Source of the DNA: Eubacteriales bacterium
GTDB taxonomy: Bacteria > Bacillota > Clostridia > Oscillospirales > CAG-272
Reading direction: 5' to 3'
Length of the DNA: 47,361 nucleotides
NCBI GenBank assembly: GCA_045605745.1
Contig: JAZUQN010000158.1
Coordinates: 1-47,361, forward strand
A program made the translations under genes and the position numbers. How positions within the stretch are numbered: the stretch's first letter is position 1; every line of letters begins with the position of its first letter. The notes under the pieces are model-generated. The model worked only from the letters and a program-made list of their open reading frames with translations, ran no database searches and was not told the origin of the DNA. This document shows, piece by piece, positions 35,032 to 43,769 of the stretch.

Positions 35032-35061
35032 ATTATATCATACAATTCCACTATTTGTCAA
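35032..35061 (-). promoter_or_regulatory. SigA-type promoter of vWA/tubulin-like cluster
   Basis: On the minus strand: TTGACA (35056-35061), 18-nt spacer, TGaTATAAT (-10 at 35032-35037). Confidence 0.55.
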
Positions 35062-35263
35062 TAGAAAATCGTCATTTGGGGACATTATTTTCCTTACTTT
35101 TACATCTATAGTGAATTTTAAACAATTTCTTTCTCTCATTTTCGACAATCCAAACAACAAATTTGCATAAAAATTCATTTTTCACTATTTCTTTTGCTTA
35201 TGCTTTTGAAATACATAAAAAAGCCGATATAATTACAGCAGCCAATAAATGTTATCAAAACTA

Positions 35264-35292
35264 TTGACAAAGAGTTTTTTGTGTGCTATACT
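35264..35292 (+). promoter_or_regulatory. SigA-type promoter of T-box/trpB
   Basis: TTGACA (35264-35269), 17-nt spacer, TGcTATACT (35287-35292). Confidence 0.6.
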
Positions 35293-35298
35293 ACACTA

Positions 35299-35584
35299 AA
35301 CCGATGAGGAAGAATAGTAGCCATATTTAGCTTTGCATAGAGAACTGCCGACGGTGGAAGGGCAGTGAAAGCACTGTGGTGAATGGACTTTCGAGGGTGG
35401 ATCGAGGTGCGGAGAGAGCGGCTTTCTTTCCTATCGCGTAGACTCCAACGGCGGCTATCCGTTATCAAGAGCAGGCATATGATCGTATGCAAAAAGAGAG
35501 CTTCTTTTGAAGCTAAGTTCGGGTGGCACCGCGGATTTTGATTATTCGTCCCGAGTATCCTTTGATACTCGGGATTTTATATTT
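35299..35584 (+). promoter_or_regulatory. T-box leader, tryptophan-specific (specifier UGG)
   Basis: Stem I GA motif GATGAGGAAGAATAGTA, the AGAGA box (35339-35343), and specifier-loop GAA-TGG-A (UGG at 35384-35386). The T-box sequence is AAGTTCGGGTGGCACCGCGG (35515-35534). The terminator is CCCGAGTATC/GATACTCGGG plus ATTTTAT (35549-35584). Confidence 0.85.
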
Positions 35585-35677
35585 CGGAGGTTTTTGATAT
35601 GATCCTTGACAGGCGATGGCGAGCTTTTTAAAGCAACCCTAAAGCAACTTTTTCAAGAATTTTGGAGGATAATGATC

Positions 35678-36898
35678 ATGGAGTTTAAAGGCGTTAATTT
35701 TGATACATATTTTAATAACTACCCGGACAAAAACGGATATTTCGGCAAATACGGCGGCGTATATGTTGATGAAAAGCTAAAGGCCGCAATGGCAGAGATA
35801 ACCGAAGCATATTATTCTATCTGCCAATCAAGAAAATTCATTGCAGAGCTTCGCAGAATAAGAAAGGAATTTCAGGGCAGACCAACACCCGTCACCCACC
35901 TTGAAAGACTTTCGGATGCCCTTGGGGGCAAGGTTCAGCTCTATGCAAAGAGAGAGGATCTGAATCATTCGGGTGCTCACAAGCTCAATCACTGCATGGG
36001 TGAGGCACTTCTTGCAAAATATATGGGCAAAAAGAAGGTCATTGCCGAGACAGGCGCAGGTCAACACGGCGTTGCTCTCGCAACGGCGGCAGCTTATTTC
36101 GGCCTTGAATGTGACATTTATATGGGCTCTGTTGACATAAAAAAGCAGGCTCCAAATGTTGCAAGAATGAAAATTCTCGGTGCAAATGTTATCGAGGTGA
36201 CTCACGGTCTGAAAACTCTCAAAGAAGCGGTTGATGCAGCATTTGATGCATACAGCAAGGAATATAAAGAATCTATCTATTGCATCGGAAGCGTTCTCGG
36301 TCCGCATCCATTCCCGATGATGGTCAGAGATTTCCAGAGCGTAGTCGGAATCGAAGCAAAAGAGCAGTTCATTGAAATGACAGGTCATCTGCCTTCTGCT
36401 ATAGTTGCCTGTGTTGGCGGAGGATCGAATGCAGCAGGGCTTTTCGCAGGATTTTTGAATGATCCCGTTGATATATACGGCATAGAGCCTCTTGGCAGAG
36501 GTCCGAAGCTCGGTGATCATGCCGCAAGCCTTAAATACGGCACAGAAGGAATAATGCACGGCTTCAACAGCATTATGCTTAAGGATGAAAACGGCGAGCC
36601 TGCACCGGTATATTCCGTTGCCAGCGGTCTTGACTATCCATCCTCAGGCCCCGAGCACGCATTTCTCCAGGAGATCGGCAGAGTTAAATATGACGTTATC
36701 GACGATGAGGAAACCATCGACGCATTCTTCAGGCTTGCTCGCCTTGAAGGTATTATCCCTGCTATCGAAAGTTCCCACGCCGTTGCATACGGAATGAAGC
36801 TTGCAAAAACAATGGAGCACGGCTCTATCCTCATCAATCTTTCGGGCAGAGGCGACAAGGATATGGACTTTGTCATCGAAAATTATGGGATCAGATGA
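35678..36898 (+). CDS. trpB: tryptophan synthase beta chain (stand-alone)
   Basis: PLP-Lys motif [19 protein letters not shown], and [16 protein letters not shown] lies 9 nt upstream of the ATG at 35678. No trpA is adjacent. Confidence 0.85.
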   Translation: MEFKGVNFDTYFNNYPDKNGYFGKYGGVYVDEKLKAAMAEITEAYYSICQSRKFIAELRRIRKEFQGRPTPVTHLERLSDALGGKVQLYAKREDLNHSGAHKLNHCMGEALLAKYMGKKKVIAETGAGQHGVALATAAAYFGLECDIYMGSVDIKKQAPNVARMKILGANVIEVTHGLKTLKEAVDAAFDAYSKEYKESIYCIGSVLGPHPFPMMVRDFQSVVGIEAKEQFIEMTGHLPSAIVACVGGGSNAAGLFAGFLNDPVDIYGIEPLGRGPKLGDHAASLKYGTEGIMHGFNSIMLKDENGEPAPVYSVASGLDYPSSGPEHAFLQEIGRVKYDVIDDEETIDAFFRLARLEGIIPAIESSHAVAYGMKLAKTMEHGSILINLSGRGDKDMDFVIENYGIR

Positions 36899-36936
36899 TC
36901 CGAGACCTTCTCGTATACTTAATTTTAACAAAACCC

Positions 36937-36965
36937 TTGACAAATCGGACAAGGTATAGTATAAT
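36937..36965 (+). promoter_or_regulatory. consensus SigA promoter of glnN
   Basis: TTGACA (36937-36942), 17-nt spacer, TATAAT (36960-36965). Confidence 0.6.
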
Positions 36966-36983
36966 TCTATAAAGCAGACTGAA

Positions 36984-37014
36984 GTGTCGCGGAAATCTCT
37001 CTTTTCTGCGACAC
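36984..37014 (+). promoter_or_regulatory. leader stem-loop between the glnN promoter and RBS
   Basis: GTGTCGCgGAAA...TTTCtGCGACAC (7 + 4 bp with one mismatch) followed by TTTAACCTTTT. Confidence 0.35.
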
Positions 37015-37038
37015 TTTAACCTTTTAAGGAGATATAAA

Positions 37039-39132
37039 ATGAGCAAAGTAACCGAAATGTTCGGATCTATGGTTTTCAACGAAACCGTTATGCGTGAAAA
37101 ACTGCCAAAGGAAATGTATAAGAAGATGCAGGCAACCTTGCGCAAGGGAAAAAGACTCGATATCGAAACTGCCAATGTTGTCGCAAACGCAATGAAGGAT
37201 TGGGCAATCGAAAGAGGTGCAACACATTTCACCCATTGGTTTCAGCCAATGACCGGCGTTACCGCAGAAAAGCACGATAGCTTTATCGAGCTTGCGGGCG
37301 ATGGCAGGATCATAATGGAATTTACCGGCAAAGAGCTGGTAAGCGGTGAATCTGACGCTTCGTCATTCCCTTCCGGCGGGCTTCGTGCAACCTTTGAGGC
37401 AAGAGGCTATACCGCTTGGGACCCCACATCCTATGCCTTTGTTAAGGACAACACCCTTTACATACCAACCGCATTCTGCTCTTTCGGCGGCGAAGCTCTT
37501 GACGGTAAAACGCCTCTTCTTCGTTCAATGGAGGCACTTAACAGAGAGGCTCTCCGAATTCTTCGCCTTTTCGGAAACGACAGTGTTACCGCCGTCAGAT
37601 CAACAGTTGGCGCAGAGCAGGAATATTTCCTTATCGATTCCGAGGCATTTCATAATCGCCCCGACCTTGTTTACACGGGTAGAACCCTTTTTGGTGCGAA
37701 GGCACCAAAAGGTCAGGAGCTTGACGATCATTATTTCGGCATAATAAAACCAAGAGTTAAGGATTTTATGGCAGAGCTTGATGAAGAGCTTTGGAAGGTT
37801 GGAGTGCCGGCCAAAACAGAGCATAACGAGGGCGCACCTTGCCAGCACGAGCTTGCTCCAATTTTTGCAACAACAAACATCGGTGCCGATAACAATCAGC
37901 TCATAATGGAGCTTATGCAAAAGATTGCAAGAAAGCACGGCATGGTTTGCCTGCTTCACGAAAAGCCCTTTAAAGGCATTGCGGGAAGCGGAAAGCACAA
38001 CAACTGGTCGCTTTCAACCGACAGCGGCGCAAATCTGCTTGAGCCGGGAGACACCCCCTTTGAAAATGCACAGTTTCTACTGTTTCTCACTGCAGTTATA
38101 AAGGCTGTTGACGATTATCAGGAGCTACTAAGAATTTCTGTTGCTTCTGCCGGAAACGACCACCGTCTTGGTGCAGCGGAGGCTCCTCCGGCTGTTGTTT
38201 CCATGTTCCTTGGAGATGAAATATCTGCAGTTCTTGATGCTATTGAAAACGAAGGTAGCATTGGTACAAAGGATAGGGAAATGATGAAGATAGGTGTTCA
38301 TGTCCTGCCTAAATTTCCCAAGGCTTCATCTGATAGAAATCGCACATCACCTTTCGCATTTACAGGAAATAAATTTGAATTCAGAATGCTTGGTGCATCC
38401 GCTTCTATTGCTGATGCAAATATAGTGCTGAACACTGCAGTTGCAGAGGTTCTCAAAAAATTTGCCGATGAGCTGGAAGGCGCAATAGACTTCAACACCG
38501 TTCTTCACGAGCTTATAAAGAGAACGGTTAAAGAACACAAGCGCATCCTGTTTAACGGCAACGGCTATGACGGATCTTGGCCTCTTGAAGCTGAAAAGCG
38601 CGGACTTTCAAATCTTAAAACAACTCCCGATGCTCTCGATCACTATCTGGACGAGAAAAATGTGAAGCTGTTTATCGAAAACAAAGTGTTTAGCGAGACA
38701 GAGCTTCGTGCACGCCATGCAATTCATCTTGAAAGATATACAAAAGTGCTTAATATTGAGGCAAGAACAATGGTCGATATGGTTCGCAGTGACATTCTTC
38801 CTGCCTGTGCAAAATACATTCGTCAGCTTTCCGAAACTGCCGAGAGTGTTAAAAGCTTTATCGGGGGCGCCGATCTTTCCTTTGAAGAGGAAACCGTTGC
38901 AGAGATCACAGAGCTTTCTGCAAAATCCTTCAACCTCATCAAAATGCTGGAGGGCGCAAATGGCGAGGCAAAGAGCATAAAATGTCCAAAAGAGAGAGCA
39001 GAAGCTTACCGAGACAGCGTTCTGCCCATAATGGAGGAGCTCAGAGGAGCTATAGATAAGCTTGAAACCCTTGTGTCAACAGAGCTTTGGCCATACCCCT
39101 CTTATGGCAAGATACTTTTCGGAGTTAAATAA
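37039..39132 (+). CDS. glnN: glutamine synthetase type III
   Basis: 697 aa. The N-terminus MSKVTEMFGSMVFNE...ATHFTHWFQPMTG and the overall length are typical of GSIII from Clostridia and Bacteroides. Confidence 0.85.
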   Translation: MSKVTEMFGSMVFNETVMREKLPKEMYKKMQATLRKGKRLDIETANVVANAMKDWAIERGATHFTHWFQPMTGVTAEKHDSFIELAGDGRIIMEFTGKELVSGESDASSFPSGGLRATFEARGYTAWDPTSYAFVKDNTLYIPTAFCSFGGEALDGKTPLLRSMEALNREALRILRLFGNDSVTAVRSTVGAEQEYFLIDSEAFHNRPDLVYTGRTLFGAKAPKGQELDDHYFGIIKPRVKDFMAELDEELWKVGVPAKTEHNEGAPCQHELAPIFATTNIGADNNQLIMELMQKIARKHGMVCLLHEKPFKGIAGSGKHNNWSLSTDSGANLLEPGDTPFENAQFLLFLTAVIKAVDDYQELLRISVASAGNDHRLGAAEAPPAVVSMFLGDEISAVLDAIENEGSIGTKDREMMKIGVHVLPKFPKASSDRNRTSPFAFTGNKFEFRMLGASASIADANIVLNTAVAEVLKKFADELEGAIDFNTVLHELIKRTVKEHKRILFNGNGYDGSWPLEAEKRGLSNLKTTPDALDHYLDEKNVKLFIENKVFSETELRARHAIHLERYTKVLNIEARTMVDMVRSDILPACAKYIRQLSETAESVKSFIGGADLSFEEETVAEITELSAKSFNLIKMLEGANGEAKSIKCPKERAEAYRDSVLPIMEELRGAIDKLETLVSTELWPYPSYGKILFGVK

Positions 39133-39164
39133 TAAGTATATATCAAGTGGTGGGTGGTTAACAA

Positions 39165-39860
39165 ATGTCGAAAACCGGAAAAATAATTTCAAAAAGCTTT
39201 AAGGCACTCATTTATCTGGTTGTTGTCATTGTCAATGCCATTGTGCTTTGGCGTGTGCTATTTTCAGGGGATCCCTCATCTATAAAGCCGATTCTTGCAA
39301 ATGAGCATACCGTGGCTGCTTATGAGCAGCATGGTAAGAATTTAAAGATTCATGTGCAGGAGCAAAGAACGATAAGCTCAAGCGGCAAATTCTCTGTCAC
39401 CGACTGTGTCTTCATTCCCGAAGCAAAGCAGATACAGATAACGGTCAGATATAATAACAGCACCCTAAAGCATCTTAAAAATGACTATGCGCTTAGCACA
39501 GTACCGGACAGAAAGAATGAGCTTTTTGATATAACTATAGTTAAAACAACCGATCTTACTCCTGATAATCCAAATGATAACACAGATAAATCCACCCTTT
39601 CAGAACAGCGTTTTCATCCCTCGGGAGAGGCAAAATCTGCATATAAAACCCTATATAGCTACCGCAAATTTATTTTTGACGGTATTACATACGAAGATGC
39701 CGTTGGAATGTTTGTTGATATCTACTATATAGAAGACGCAGATTATTCCCATCCCCCATATGATGCACTTTGCATCTATGATGCGCTTATGCCCATAGAA
39801 GAAAAATCTCTTTCGGGCTCGGATATAAGGGCAATAAAAAACTATTCAAAGAAAAATTAA
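39165..39860 (+). CDS. hypothetical membrane-anchored protein (231 aa)
   Basis: Single N-terminal TM helix (ALIYLVVVIVNAIVLWRVLF) plus an extracytoplasmic domain, with no motif I recognise. Confidence 0.6.
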   Translation: MSKTGKIISKSFKALIYLVVVIVNAIVLWRVLFSGDPSSIKPILANEHTVAAYEQHGKNLKIHVQEQRTISSSGKFSVTDCVFIPEAKQIQITVRYNNSTLKHLKNDYALSTVPDRKNELFDITIVKTTDLTPDNPNDNTDKSTLSEQRFHPSGEAKSAYKTLYSYRKFIFDGITYEDAVGMFVDIYYIEDADYSHPPYDALCIYDALMPIEEKSLSGSDIRAIKNYSKKN

Positions 39861-39869
39861 TCAAATCTA

Positions 39870-39907
39870 TTGGGCTGTAGCATAATTCTGCCGCAGCCCA
39901 AATTTTT
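39870..39907 (+). terminator. intrinsic terminator
   Basis: TTGGGCTG...CAGCCCAA followed by TTTTT. Confidence 0.55.
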
Positions 39908-39936
39908 GACCCTCGTTTAAAAGAAAGGAGAAAGCA

Positions 39937-41532
39937 ATGGCACTGTTCTCAAAACTGAAAAATAATCTACACCTTATTATTTTCGGTGTGTTTTCCATCT
40001 TCCAATGCCTCATAATAGACAAGATAGTGTTATTTGGTGACGACTACTATTATACCACCTTTTTTTACGAGGGCGCTGAGCATTTTATATCCGAAAATGT
40101 GTATCACTGGATGAACACAAACGGCAGAGCCTTTGTTCATCTTCTTGATGAAATCCTCCTTTTTGGAGGCACTATAACTGCATGGAAAATTTTTGCCGCA
40201 ATATGCATTCCGCTTATTGCACTTTTATGCGCACTCATAGCCTCCGCCGCCTATAAAAATGGTATAAAAACGGCGGAGTTCAAAATTTCTCTGATAATTT
40301 CATGTATCTCAATATCATTTATCAGCATTCTGATCGCCCATCAAACACTTTATTGGGCAACAGGGTTTTTAAACTATGTTTTCCCTATTCTTATGACGCT
40401 TCTGCTATTCTATTTCACAGAGCGCGCTTTTATAAGGGAAAACTTCCCTCTCTATATTATCCCCCTCGCACTTTTTGCCTGTGCCACAACAGAGCAAAAT
40501 GCCTTTGCCTCACTCTGCATCCTCATTTTCTACGGTGCAAGAATGCTGATGGCCAAAAAAAAGCCGGGCATTTGTTTCTATATTGCTATATCACTTGGCA
40601 TCGTTGGCTTTGTCTCGCTTTTTGCCGCGCCGGGCAACGCGGTCAGAACCACATATTATGCAGACTTTTACTCCCTGCCGTTTTTTGAGAGAATTTTTAA
40701 TAACATACAAAGAATTTTATCCCTTATTTTCAAAAAATCAGGCTCTGTCCGAGCCCTTGTAATCTTCTTCGGTGCATCTGCCGTCTATGCTTTGAAGATA
40801 AAAAAACTCGTTATAAGATGGACGGTTACATCCGTCAATGCAATCAGTGCAGTTTTTCTGATCTGCCTTGCGCATCTCGGCAGATTTGAAGGTGCGGCAG
40901 CTATTGCTTCTCTTATCGCCTTCGTCCTTGATATGCTTATGTCGCTCGCTGTATCCTTTGTTTCAAAGGATATTTCTGTAGCATTTTTCACTATAATGGG
41001 AGCAGCTATGCAGGGCGCAATGCTTATCTCCCCTGAAATGGGACCAAGAACTCTTATCGTAACCGTAATATTTTTGATAATTCCCTGCTCCCATTTTGTG
41101 ATGTACTCTAAAAGCCCGACTATTTCTATGTTTGTTCTTGCCGCTTTGCTTATGTTTATGACCGAGATCGGTATTATAGTTGGCAGTGCTCTGCTTCTAT
41201 TGCTGATTTTGGCGGTAGCAATGAAAACAGTTAAAAAAGCAAGAGGCCATGGTGCTGTATTTGCCGTTCTCATTTTAGCCGTACTTATGTGTGATTCGCT
41301 TATGGCACTTCTGTCAGGCTATTCCCAAAACTATGCTTTTCACAAAGAAAACGCAGTGCTCCTCTCCGAATATAAGCAATCTATAGAAAACGGTGGAGAT
41401 CACATTTTAATTCAAAAATACCTGCCAAACGGAACTCACAAATATACAATGCCCTATGATGATCCATATCATATGCATTGGTTTAAGATAGCTAAAAAGC
41501 TCCCAATCGACACCCAAATTATATATGAATGA
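39937..41532 (+). CDS. polytopic membrane protein, possibly a GT-C-type glycosyltransferase (DUF6056-like)
   Basis: 531 aa with more than 10 TM helices. An FGDDYYY acidic motif after TM1 resembles GT-C enzymes. The family assignment comes from memory only. Confidence 0.4.
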   Translation: MALFSKLKNNLHLIIFGVFSIFQCLIIDKIVLFGDDYYYTTFFYEGAEHFISENVYHWMNTNGRAFVHLLDEILLFGGTITAWKIFAAICIPLIALLCALIASAAYKNGIKTAEFKISLIISCISISFISILIAHQTLYWATGFLNYVFPILMTLLLFYFTERAFIRENFPLYIIPLALFACATTEQNAFASLCILIFYGARMLMAKKKPGICFYIAISLGIVGFVSLFAAPGNAVRTTYYADFYSLPFFERIFNNIQRILSLIFKKSGSVRALVIFFGASAVYALKIKKLVIRWTVTSVNAISAVFLICLAHLGRFEGAAAIASLIAFVLDMLMSLAVSFVSKDISVAFFTIMGAAMQGAMLISPEMGPRTLIVTVIFLIIPCSHFVMYSKSPTISMFVLAALLMFMTEIGIIVGSALLLLLILAVAMKTVKKARGHGAVFAVLILAVLMCDSLMALLSGYSQNYAFHKENAVLLSEYKQSIENGGDHILIQKYLPNGTHKYTMPYDDPYHMHWFKIAKKLPIDTQIIYE

Positions 41533-41539
41533 TCCCCTC

Positions 41540-41568
41540 TTGAAAAATCGGGAATTCTGTTGTATAAT
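41540..41568 (+). promoter_or_regulatory. SigA-type promoter of the two-component operon
   Basis: TTGAAA (41540-41545), 17-nt spacer, TATAAT (41563-41568). Confidence 0.5.
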
Positions 41569-41606
41569 TGAATAAACTTAAAAATCATGGAGAATAGGAG
41601 AATGAT

Positions 41607-42290
41607 ATGATTTTTTGTGTTGAGGATGACAATGGCATCAGAAATATGATGATATATACTCTCAGGGTGGCAGGATTTGAAGCCGATGGCTTTTCAGACA
41701 GCTCGGCACTGTATTTGGCGCTTCAAAATGATACTCCGGAGCTGATAATGCTGGACATAATGCTCCCCGGAGAGGACGGAATTTCAATACTATCAAAGCT
41801 TCGTTCAAATACTGCAACAGCGGACATTCCGATTATAATGGCAACCGCCAAGGGCACCGAATATGACAAGGTCTGTGGACTTGATATGGGTGCAGATGAC
41901 TACCTTGCTAAGCCATTTGGCATGATGGAAATGGTTTCGAGAGTTAAAGCGGTTTTGCGCAGATCAAGACCAAAAAGCTCACAGCAACAAAAAAAGCTTC
42001 TATGCCAAGGCAACCTTGAGCTTGATCTTGAACAGTATACCGTCAAAGCCGATGGCGAGCGTGTTCAGCTCACCTTTAAGGAATTTGAGCTTCTTCGTTT
42101 GTTTATGCAGAACCCGGGAAGAGTTTATACAAGAGATCAGCTGCTCTCCTCTGTTTGGGGAGTGGATTTTATGGGAGAAACCAGAACTGTTGATGTACAT
42201 ATCGGAACCCTTAGAGAAAAGCTAGGCTCATGCAGTGACTATATCGAAACCGTGCGTGGAGTCGGCTATCGATTAGATAAAAAGATTTGA
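41607..42290 (+). CDS. OmpR/PhoB-family response regulator (PhoP-like)
   Basis: Receiver domain (VEDD.., MLDIMLPGEDG, ATAKG) plus a winged-helix domain (TVDVHIGTLREKL, VRGVGYRL). Confidence 0.85.
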   Translation: MIFCVEDDNGIRNMMIYTLRVAGFEADGFSDSSALYLALQNDTPELIMLDIMLPGEDGISILSKLRSNTATADIPIIMATAKGTEYDKVCGLDMGADDYLAKPFGMMEMVSRVKAVLRRSRPKSSQQQKKLLCQGNLELDLEQYTVKADGERVQLTFKEFELLRLFMQNPGRVYTRDQLLSSVWGVDFMGETRTVDVHIGTLREKLGSCSDYIETVRGVGYRLDKKI

Positions 42291-42388
42291 GATTATTGAT
42301 CTAAAAAGTATTTCAATTTTGTTTATTTTATTTCCCGTGCAGTGATTTTAGCGATATCATTTCAGAAAAATACGGAGGATATCTTGCA

Positions 42389-43504
42389 ATGCCATATTTT
42401 CTTGCTATATTTCTTTTATTCATCGTAATCACCGTATCCCTTTCGTTTGCCTTAGCATATAAAAAATCGCTAAGGGAAGCCTTAGAAAAGCTGAAGCTAT
42501 CAAAGGACAGTCTCAATATTGCCTCGGATAGAATGAATGAAGGACTTGTAATGCTTGACGAGAATTTCATAATAACAAGCCTTAACCGAAAAGCAATGGA
42601 GCTGCTTCAAACAGGCACAAACTGTGTTGGAAGCGATATAAGAAGGGTTGCACATCAGCTGGTTGGCGAGGAGCTTTTTGACCGTGCTAAGGGCGGCGAG
42701 CATATCGAAAAGCTCACCGATTTCAACAATCTCGAATACCAGATAAAAATCAGTTCAATCGTATCAGACGGTAAATTCAGTGGGTATGTGCTGCTTATTT
42801 TCGATGCCACCGACAGAGAACGCTCTGAGCAGATACGAAAAGAATTCACTGCAAATGTCTCCCATGAGCTTAAAACACCGCTCCACTCGATTCTTGGCTG
42901 TGCCGAGCTTCTGCAAAGCGGCATGGTCAAGCCTGAGGATGCTGAACAGTTTTCGGGACAAATCTATTCTGAAGCTAAAAGAATGGTGCGCCTTATCGAT
43001 GACATTATGAATCTTTCAAGGCTTGATGAGGGAGCGGTCAATATGCAAAGGGCGGATGTTGACCTTCTTGAGCTTGCAGGAGCAACCGTAAGCAGCCTTG
43101 AAAATGAGGCAAAAGCGGCAAAGGTTACCTTGGAGATAAACGGAGAAAGTGCAAAGCTGAGAGGTATTCCACAGCTGCTTGGCGGTATAATACTCAATCT
43201 TTGCGACAACGCCATAAAATATAACCGTGAAAACGGAAAGGTATGCGTCTCTGTAAAAAATGAGGACGGCTCGGTTGTTCTGAGCGTATCAGACACGGGA
43301 ATAGGTATTCCAAGCGAGCATCAAACAAGAGTTTTTGAGCGTTTTTACAGAGTTGATAAAAGCCACTCGAAAGAGGTTGGAGGAACAGGTCTTGGTCTTT
43401 CTATCGTCAAGCATTCTGCACGCTTGCACGGAGCGAAAATAGAAATGCAGAGTGTTTTTGGAGAAGGAACAACAATTACATTAAAATTTCCAAAATCAAT
43501 GTAA
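42389..43504 (+). CDS. sensor histidine kinase (PhoR-like)
   Basis: N-terminal TM helix, PAS-like segment, H-box FTANVSHELKTPL, N-box LCDNAIKYN, G-boxes DTGIGIP and GGTGLGLSIV. Confidence 0.85.
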   Translation: MPYFLAIFLLFIVITVSLSFALAYKKSLREALEKLKLSKDSLNIASDRMNEGLVMLDENFIITSLNRKAMELLQTGTNCVGSDIRRVAHQLVGEELFDRAKGGEHIEKLTDFNNLEYQIKISSIVSDGKFSGYVLLIFDATDRERSEQIRKEFTANVSHELKTPLHSILGCAELLQSGMVKPEDAEQFSGQIYSEAKRMVRLIDDIMNLSRLDEGAVNMQRADVDLLELAGATVSSLENEAKAAKVTLEINGESAKLRGIPQLLGGIILNLCDNAIKYNRENGKVCVSVKNEDGSVVLSVSDTGIGIPSEHQTRVFERFYRVDKSHSKEVGGTGLGLSIVKHSARLHGAKIEMQSVFGEGTTITLKFPKSM

Positions 43505-43511
43505 AAACAAA

Positions 43512-43548
43512 GTGCTGAGCCCAACAAAACGGCTCGGCACTTTGTTAT
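43512..43548 (+). terminator. intrinsic terminator of the two-component operon
   Basis: GTGCTGAGCC-caacaaaac-GGCTCGGCAC followed by TTTGTTATTT. Confidence 0.7.
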
Positions 43549-43552
43549 TTAA

Positions 43553-43671
43553 AACAGGAGTTTATGGGGGAGTGTTTTCACAAACAAAAGCACACTGCGA
43601 AATTTCTGTGGGACAATCGGCTATCACAGACGAGAGCAGTGTGCTATTATATGTACCCGATAAATCAAAAT
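43553..43671 (+). repeat. intergenic repeat family, copy D (full length)
   Basis: AACAGGAGTTTATGGGGGAG ... GCACACTGC (43590-43598) ... GCAGTGTGC (43636-43644) ... CCCGATAAATCAAAAT (43656-43671). Confidence 0.7.
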
Positions 43672-43769
43672 CCACCACATCCAATCAACCATTTTAACAC
43701 AAGTTATGACCTTTTTCCCTTTATAATAAATTTCTCTTGAAAAAAATCCTTTTTTAAGGTATCATATAT

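Noticed and set aside
20055-35061. Interpreting the cluster as a prophage or plasmid TubZ/PhuZ-type segregation module, or as the division FtsZ locus.
   Set aside because: There are no phage structural, integrase, replication, TubR or centromere-repeat genes. There are no ftsA, sepF, min or dcw genes. The tubulin-like protein is about three times the size of FtsZ or TubZ and is partnered with membrane and vWA proteins.
35828-36559. 243-aa minus-strand ORF inside trpB. Similar antisense ORFs occur at 785-1324, 6700-7146, 17013-17531, 40785-41273 and 45548-46156.
   Set aside because: Each is fully nested antisense to a gene with strong family motifs. None has recognisable motifs or ribosome-binding sites.
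43512-43697. 61-aa ORF following the AGGAG-n-ATG at the start of repeat copy D.
   Set aside because: Copy C has a stop after 9 codons in the same position, and copy A uses GTG with a different frame content. The RBS-like sequence is part of the repeat terminus and is not evidence of a gene.
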